Assembly (NCBI GenBank): GCA_024405635.1
Contig: JAKSOL010000011.1
Location: 15,906-79,905 of the forward strand
Reading direction: 5' to 3'
Origin: Salinivirgaceae bacterium
Lineage (GTDB): Bacteria > Bacteroidota > Bacteroidia > Bacteroidales > SZUA-534
Length of the DNA stretch: 64,000 nt
Within the stretch, counting starts at the first letter, position 1, and every line of letters begins with the position of its first letter. Position numbers and translations under genes: made by a program. Positions 59,047 through 64,000 of this stretch are shown piece by piece. A model generated the notes under the pieces. That model was not told the origin of the DNA. It did no database searches and was given only the letters and a program-made list of their open reading frames with translations.

Positions 59047-60327
59047 TCAATACCCATAACGTTTGTTCCACCACTGTTTAAGGCGCGCTCTAAGTGTGTT
59101 TTCTTGCTGATTGTTTTGTGGCTCGTAAAACGCATGTCCTTTGAGTTCTTTTGGCAAAAAATCTTGTTCAACAAAATGGCCGTCAAAATCGTGCGAGTAT
59201 TTGTATTCGCTTCCATAACCAAGTTGTTTCATCAGTTTGGTTGGTGCATTGCGCAAATGTAATGGCACTGGCAAGTTTCCGGTTTGTTTTACTGTTTCAA
59301 GCGCATTGTTTATAGCCATGTATGCCGAGTTGCTTTTTGGCGAGCTGGCCAAATAAACCACGCATTCCGATAGTATGATTCGGGCTTCTGGCATTCCAAT
59401 TTTGTGAATGGCATCAAACGTTGCGTTGGCCAACAACATTGCATTTGGATTGGCTAGACCAATATCTTCCGATGCTGAAATCATAAGTCTGCGAGCAATG
59501 AATTCAATGTCTTCGCCACCGTCAATCATGCGCGCAAGCCAATAAACCGCACCATTGGGGTCGCTTCCGCGTATTGATTTTATAAAGGCTGATATTATAT
59601 CATAATGCATGTCGCCTTGCTTGTCGTACATTGACAGGTTTTCTTGCAATATGCTTTCAACCAATTGGTTGTTTATCACTATCTCGGGCTTATCAATCTG
59701 TGCATTAACTACTATTTCGGTTATGTTCAGCAGTTTGCGAGCATCGCCTCCTGAGTAGCGGAATAATGCTTCTTTTTCTTCAACCTTTATGTTTAAATTT
59801 TTTAGCTCGATGTCGATGGTCAAAGCTCGGGTAAGCAATTCGTCAAGGTCGCTAACCTCAAGCGAGCGTAGCACATATACTTGACAGCGGCTCAGAAGTG
59901 GCGAAATAACTTCAAACGATGGGTTTTCGGTGGTTGCTCCTATTAAGGTTATAACACCTTGTTCCACTGCTCCCAATAGTGAGTCTTGTTGAGTTTTGCT
60001 AAAACGATGAATCTCGTCGATGAATAATATTGCATTTGGCGCATTAAAAAATTGCTGACGCTTAGCAAGGTCAATGGTTTCACGCACTTCTTTTACTCCT
60101 GAATTTATTGCGCTCAACGTGTAAAAAGCCCTTTCTTGCTCTGCCGAAATTATGTTTGCCAATGTTGTTTTTCCAACTCCTGGCGGGCCCCAAAGTATCA
60201 TGCTCGGAATGCGTCCCGACTCAATAGAGCGTTGCAACACTGCGCCTTTTCCTACCAAGTGTTTCTGTCCTATGTAATCTTCTAAACGCTTTGGACGCAA
60301 TCGTTCTGCCAATGGTAATGCCGACAT
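59047..60327 (-). CDS. rarA: Replication-associated recombination protein A
   Basis: PLAERLRP, WGPPGVGKTT, FIDEIHRF, GATTENPSF, SAFIKSIRGSD, SEDIGLA; start ATG 60327. Confidence 0.96.
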   Translation of the reverse strand: MSALPLAERLRPKRLEDYIGQKHLVGKGAVLQRSIESGRIPSMILWGPPGVGKTTLANIISAEQERAFYTLSAINSGVKEVRETIDLAKRQQFFNAPNAILFIDEIHRFSKTQQDSLLGAVEQGVITLIGATTENPSFEVISPLLSRCQVYVLRSLEVSDLDELLTRALTIDIELKNLNIKVEEKEALFRYSGGDARKLLNITEIVVNAQIDKPEIVINNQLVESILQENLSMYDKQGDMHYDIISAFIKSIRGSDPNGAVYWLARMIDGGEDIEFIARRLMISASEDIGLANPNAMLLANATFDAIHKIGMPEARIILSECVVYLASSPKSNSAYMAINNALETVKQTGNLPVPLHLRNAPTKLMKQLGYGSEYKYSHDFDGHFVEQDFLPKELKGHAFYEPQNNQQENTLRARLKQWWNKRYGY

Positions 60328-60434
60328 TGTAATTGGTATTTGTTGTAACAAAGGTAAATTTTAAGTTTTAAGTAACAACGTAAGGGCTAACTTGTGGATA
60401 TGACCAACAAGACGAAAGTAATAGGGATAGAAAA

Positions 60435-61880
60435 TTAAATCTCCTTGCGCATGCGCGCTACAGGAATGCCCAACTGCTCGCGGTATTTAGCAACTGTGCG
60501 GCGAGCAATGAGTATCTCTTCTTTTTGCAAAACTTCGGTTAGTTCTCCATCGGTAAGTGGGTTTTGCTTGTCTTCGTTGCCTATTGCATCTTCCAAAATA
60601 CTTTTTACCCTACGTGCCGAAACTCGCTTTCCGTCAGTTGTTAGTATTGATTCAGAGAAAAACGATTTTAGTGCAAAAATTCCAAATTCGGTTTGAATGT
60701 ATTTGCTACTTGCCACTCGCGATATGGTACTAGGATTAAGTGATGTAGCCTTTGCAATATCTTCAAGAATCATTGGTTGAAGCATCTTTTCGTCGCCTGT
60801 TGCAAAATACTCATATTGATGCTTCAAAATTGCGTTCATGGTGCGCAATAAAGTGTCTTGGCGTTGCTTTATTGCATCAATAAACCATTGCGCTGCTTCA
60901 ATTTTCTGTTTTACAAATGTTAATGCTACACGATCTTGACTTGTTCGTTTGTCCTTTTTTCGGGCAAGTGTTTCAAGCATATTGGTATAAGCTTTACTTA
61001 CTCGCAAATCGGGAGCATTACGTTCGTTTAGTGTAATAGACAGGTTGCCGTCATCGTTGTTCAGAATAAAATCGGGCACTATGGGTTGAGCTGTTCGGTC
61101 TTGTGGTGTTGTGTAACCTCCTCCTGGCTTTGGATTTAGCTTCAGTATTTCGGTCATTGCTGCACGCAAGTCTTCCTCTGTAATTCCCATGCGAGCCACA
61201 ATTTTATCAAAATGCTTGCGCGAAAATTCGTTAAAGTAATTTTCCATCATCAGCGTGGCATTTCGCACCGTTTGTTGTTGCTGGTCGCGACGTTTAAGTT
61301 GAAGTACTAAACACTCTTGCAATGTTCGGGCTCCAACTCCTGCTGGGTCAAATTGCTGAATGATGTCAAGTATTTGTTGCAGTTCTTCTTTGGTTGCTGT
61401 AATGTTTTGCGAAAAAGCCAAATCGTCGGCAATATTTTCAAGGTCGCGGCACAAGTACCCGTCCTCATCAATATTACCAATAATGTATTCGGCTAGTTTT
61501 TGTTGATGTTCGTTCAAAATTTGCAAACCAAGTTGCGACATAAGGCTTTCGTGAAACGATTGCCCAAGTGTGATTGGTGTTTCGCGTGGTTCATCGTCAA
61601 GTGAGTAATTATTGGTGCGGGTTTTGTAACTGGGCACGTAATCGTCGTTTTCAAGATAATCGTCAATTGATATTTCTTCTTGCTCACTTGTATCTTCAGG
61701 AAAATCGTCATCGCTGTCGTTGGTTGAATCGCGCCCCTCTTCAAGTGCAGGATTTTCCTCAATCTCGCTCTTAATGCGTTGATTGAGTTGCATAATTGGC
61801 ACCTCCAACAATCGAATTAGTTGAATTTGCTTGGGCGACAACTTTTGCAATAACTTTATTTGCTGTTCCTGTTTCAGCAT
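60435..61880 (-). CDS. rpoN: RNA polymerase sigma-54 factor
   Basis: Q/L-rich region I, EENPALE, FDPAGVGAR, STISRV HTH, RpoN box ARRTVAKYRE; start ATG 61880; TACATTTG box at 61902-61909 (minus). Confidence 0.96.
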   Translation of the reverse strand: MLKQEQQIKLLQKLSPKQIQLIRLLEVPIMQLNQRIKSEIEENPALEEGRDSTNDSDDDFPEDTSEQEEISIDDYLENDDYVPSYKTRTNNYSLDDEPRETPITLGQSFHESLMSQLGLQILNEHQQKLAEYIIGNIDEDGYLCRDLENIADDLAFSQNITATKEELQQILDIIQQFDPAGVGARTLQECLVLQLKRRDQQQQTVRNATLMMENYFNEFSRKHFDKIVARMGITEEDLRAAMTEILKLNPKPGGGYTTPQDRTAQPIVPDFILNNDDGNLSITLNERNAPDLRVSKAYTNMLETLARKKDKRTSQDRVALTFVKQKIEAAQWFIDAIKQRQDTLLRTMNAILKHQYEYFATGDEKMLQPMILEDIAKATSLNPSTISRVASSKYIQTEFGIFALKSFFSESILTTDGKRVSARRVKSILEDAIGNEDKQNPLTDGELTEVLQKEEILIARRTVAKYREQLGIPVARMRKEI

Positions 61881-62135
61881 ACTTGCTCTTTTGTTTGTTG
61901 CAAATGTAGGCATTAACACTCAAACCCACCACTAAATAAATAAACAAACCATTCACAATAGCACTCAAATGCTTGTAGTAATGCGTATTGCAGTTCTGTT
62001 TATTGCAATAAAAATGGCTCGGCGGTCATTATTTATTTTTGTAATTGTTTTCTTTTTTTACCAATCTTTGAACTGCGTTTTTCCACTTAAAAATTGAACT
62101 ATCACAAAAACTAATCAATAACTAAAACTTTTACT

Positions 62136-62981
62136 ATGAAACAATTTGCACTATCGGCTATGGCTATTGCCGCAACTTTGCTAACAACAGCTTGCACTGG
62201 CAAAAAAGCCGAAAACCAAGCCGAAACCAAGTCGCCTAAATGCTTGGTAATTTACTACTCACAAAGTGGCACCACCAAAACCGTAGCTGAAGAATTTCAA
62301 CGTCAACTTGGTGCTGACATTGAAGCTATTGAGGCCGAAACTCCTTACGATGGTGATTTTATGGCAACTGTTCAACGTTTTCAGCAAGAAAACCAAAACC
62401 AAGTTTCAGCAGCCATTAAACCCATCAAATCTAACATTAACAACTACGATGTTATTTTTATTGGATATCCAATATGGGGCGGAACTTTTGCTTCGCCAAT
62501 GAGTACATTTATTGCCTCGCAAACATTTGAGGGCAAGAAAGTTGTGCCATTCTGCACCTTTGGTAGCGGTGGCCTTGAAGGTACTGTTGAAGCACTAAAA
62601 ACTGCACTACCAAAAGCTCAAGTTATTACAAGCGGTTATGGTTTACGCACTGCTCGTCTTGCCTCAGCTACTACTGAAATTGAACGCTTTTTAATTGAAA
62701 ATGGTTTTGTGACCGGCCAAGTTGAGCAATTGCCAAACTACTCAGATCAAATAGCTGTAACCGACGACGAAATTGCCATTTTCAACACTGCATGTGGCGA
62801 CTACCAATTCCCTCTTGGCACTCCTGTAACTTGTGGCAAACGCACCACATCAACCAGTACCGACTACATGTTTGTTGCCAAAAGCGCCATGCCAAATGGA
62901 GCTGAAAGTCAATCAACCATTTACGTTACTATATCAAACGCCGAAAACGCAAAAGCTGAATTCACACGCGTAGTTAGATAA
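62136..62981 (+). CDS. Flavodoxin-like lipoprotein with extra C-terminal domain
   Basis: Lipobox LTTAC; FMN loop IYYSQSGTT; IGYPIWGG; PFCTFGSGG; ~90-aa C-terminal extension. Confidence 0.85.
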   Translation: MKQFALSAMAIAATLLTTACTGKKAENQAETKSPKCLVIYYSQSGTTKTVAEEFQRQLGADIEAIEAETPYDGDFMATVQRFQQENQNQVSAAIKPIKSNINNYDVIFIGYPIWGGTFASPMSTFIASQTFEGKKVVPFCTFGSGGLEGTVEALKTALPKAQVITSGYGLRTARLASATTEIERFLIENGFVTGQVEQLPNYSDQIAVTDDEIAIFNTACGDYQFPLGTPVTCGKRTTSTSTDYMFVAKSAMPNGAESQSTIYVTISNAENAKAEFTRVVR

Positions 62982-62998
62982 TCACAAACTCACCTACT

Positions 62999-63898
62999 AT
63001 GAAAAACATTTCAACTCTATTAGTTGCAACTGCATTAGTTGTTGCTGTAAATGCGAAAGCACAAGACTCACAAACCCGTATAATTGATAACGCTGGTAGC
63101 GGACAATACAAAGCCATTATGGTCACCGACCAATCGTTAACAACCCACACAGTATTTAAACCTCAAGATCTTACACCATTCAACGACGAAAATCCATTGC
63201 CAATTTTGGTTTGGGGCAACGGTGCTTGCGCAAACTCTCCTTACGAGCATGTTAATTTTCTAAACGAAATAGCATCGCATGGCTTTTTTGTTGTTGCAAT
63301 AGGCCCTATGCCACAAGAAGGGGTTGAACACCAATGGGGAACCACATCGCAAAGCAAACAACTGATTGACGCCATTGACTGGGCAATTTCACAAAACAAC
63401 AACAAAGAGAGCCAATACTTTGGTAAACTTGACGTTAATAACATTGCAGCAGCAGGAATGTCGTGCGGTGGACTTCAAACTCTTGACATTTGCGAAGAGC
63501 CTCGTCTTAAAGCCGTTATGATTTGCAATAGCGGATTGTTTATTGATGCTAGCGGTGCTATGCCTAACATGCCTATGCCTAGCAAAGACAAACTAAAACA
63601 AATCCACACACCTATTATTTACATTCTTGGTGGCGAAACTGACATTGCATACACCAACGGCATGGACGATTTTAAACGCATCGACCATGTTCCAGCATGT
63701 GCATGCAACTTTAACGTTGGCCACGGTGGAACATACAGCCAACCTTATGGCGGCGAATTTGCTGTTGTAGCAACTGCTTGGCTCAAATGGCACCTTAAAA
63801 ACGATGCCAAAGCTGCTAAAATGTTTAAAGGCAAAAAATGCGAAATGGCAACTCGTCAAGGTTGGGCATTTGAGAAAAATAACCTGATTGACAAATAA
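62999..63898 (+). CDS. Exported alpha/beta hydrolase
   Basis: Signal peptide AKA-Q; WGNGAC; nucleophile elbow GMSCGG; GGETDIA; GHGGTY. Confidence 0.85.
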   Translation: MKNISTLLVATALVVAVNAKAQDSQTRIIDNAGSGQYKAIMVTDQSLTTHTVFKPQDLTPFNDENPLPILVWGNGACANSPYEHVNFLNEIASHGFFVVAIGPMPQEGVEHQWGTTSQSKQLIDAIDWAISQNNNKESQYFGKLDVNNIAAAGMSCGGLQTLDICEEPRLKAVMICNSGLFIDASGAMPNMPMPSKDKLKQIHTPIIYILGGETDIAYTNGMDDFKRIDHVPACACNFNVGHGGTYSQPYGGEFAVVATAWLKWHLKNDAKAAKMFKGKKCEMATRQGWAFEKNNLIDK

Positions 63899-63926
63899 CC
63901 ACTTGCAACATTCAATAACAGAAATA

Positions 63927-63948
63927 GTTGTCAGAATATTCTGACAAC
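63927..63948. repeat. Perfect 22-bp palindrome
   Basis: GTTGTCAGAATATTCTGACAAC; no U-tract on either side. Confidence 0.7.
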
Positions 63949-64000
63949 CCGTTGTGCATTAATAAAAATTGAAAAAAGTTATTCATAAAACGAATAAAAA

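Overview
AT-rich Bacteroidales-type chromosomal region (TAnnTTTG promoter boxes, T9SS cargo, lipoproteins). Housekeeping genes: metX (SAM-I riboswitch), panC-panD, radA, menI-menF-menD, ileS, metK (SAM-II-type riboswitch), metG-cysS, asnS, nusB-DUF1573-yajC-ybbR-coaE-djlA, rarA and rpoN. Three accessory blocks interrupt them. (1) A ~14-kb segment bounded by a 41-bp direct repeat of the ileS 3' region carries an HTH-Fic gene, a four-gene exported cluster built around a signal-peptide-bearing TPR-CHAT caspase-like protease, and a convergent beta-propeller/Y_Y_Y/PP2C phosphatase sensor. This is the best candidate for an undescribed envelope proteolytic signalling or defence system. (2) A TlpA + AAA-ATPase pair is bracketed by two copies of a double TGCAC-N7-GTGCA palindrome. 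(3) A 4984-aa modular T9SS-secreted beta-helical protein. No tRNA, rRNA, CRISPR array, integrase or transposase was recognised. All assignments come from motif reading; no searches were run.
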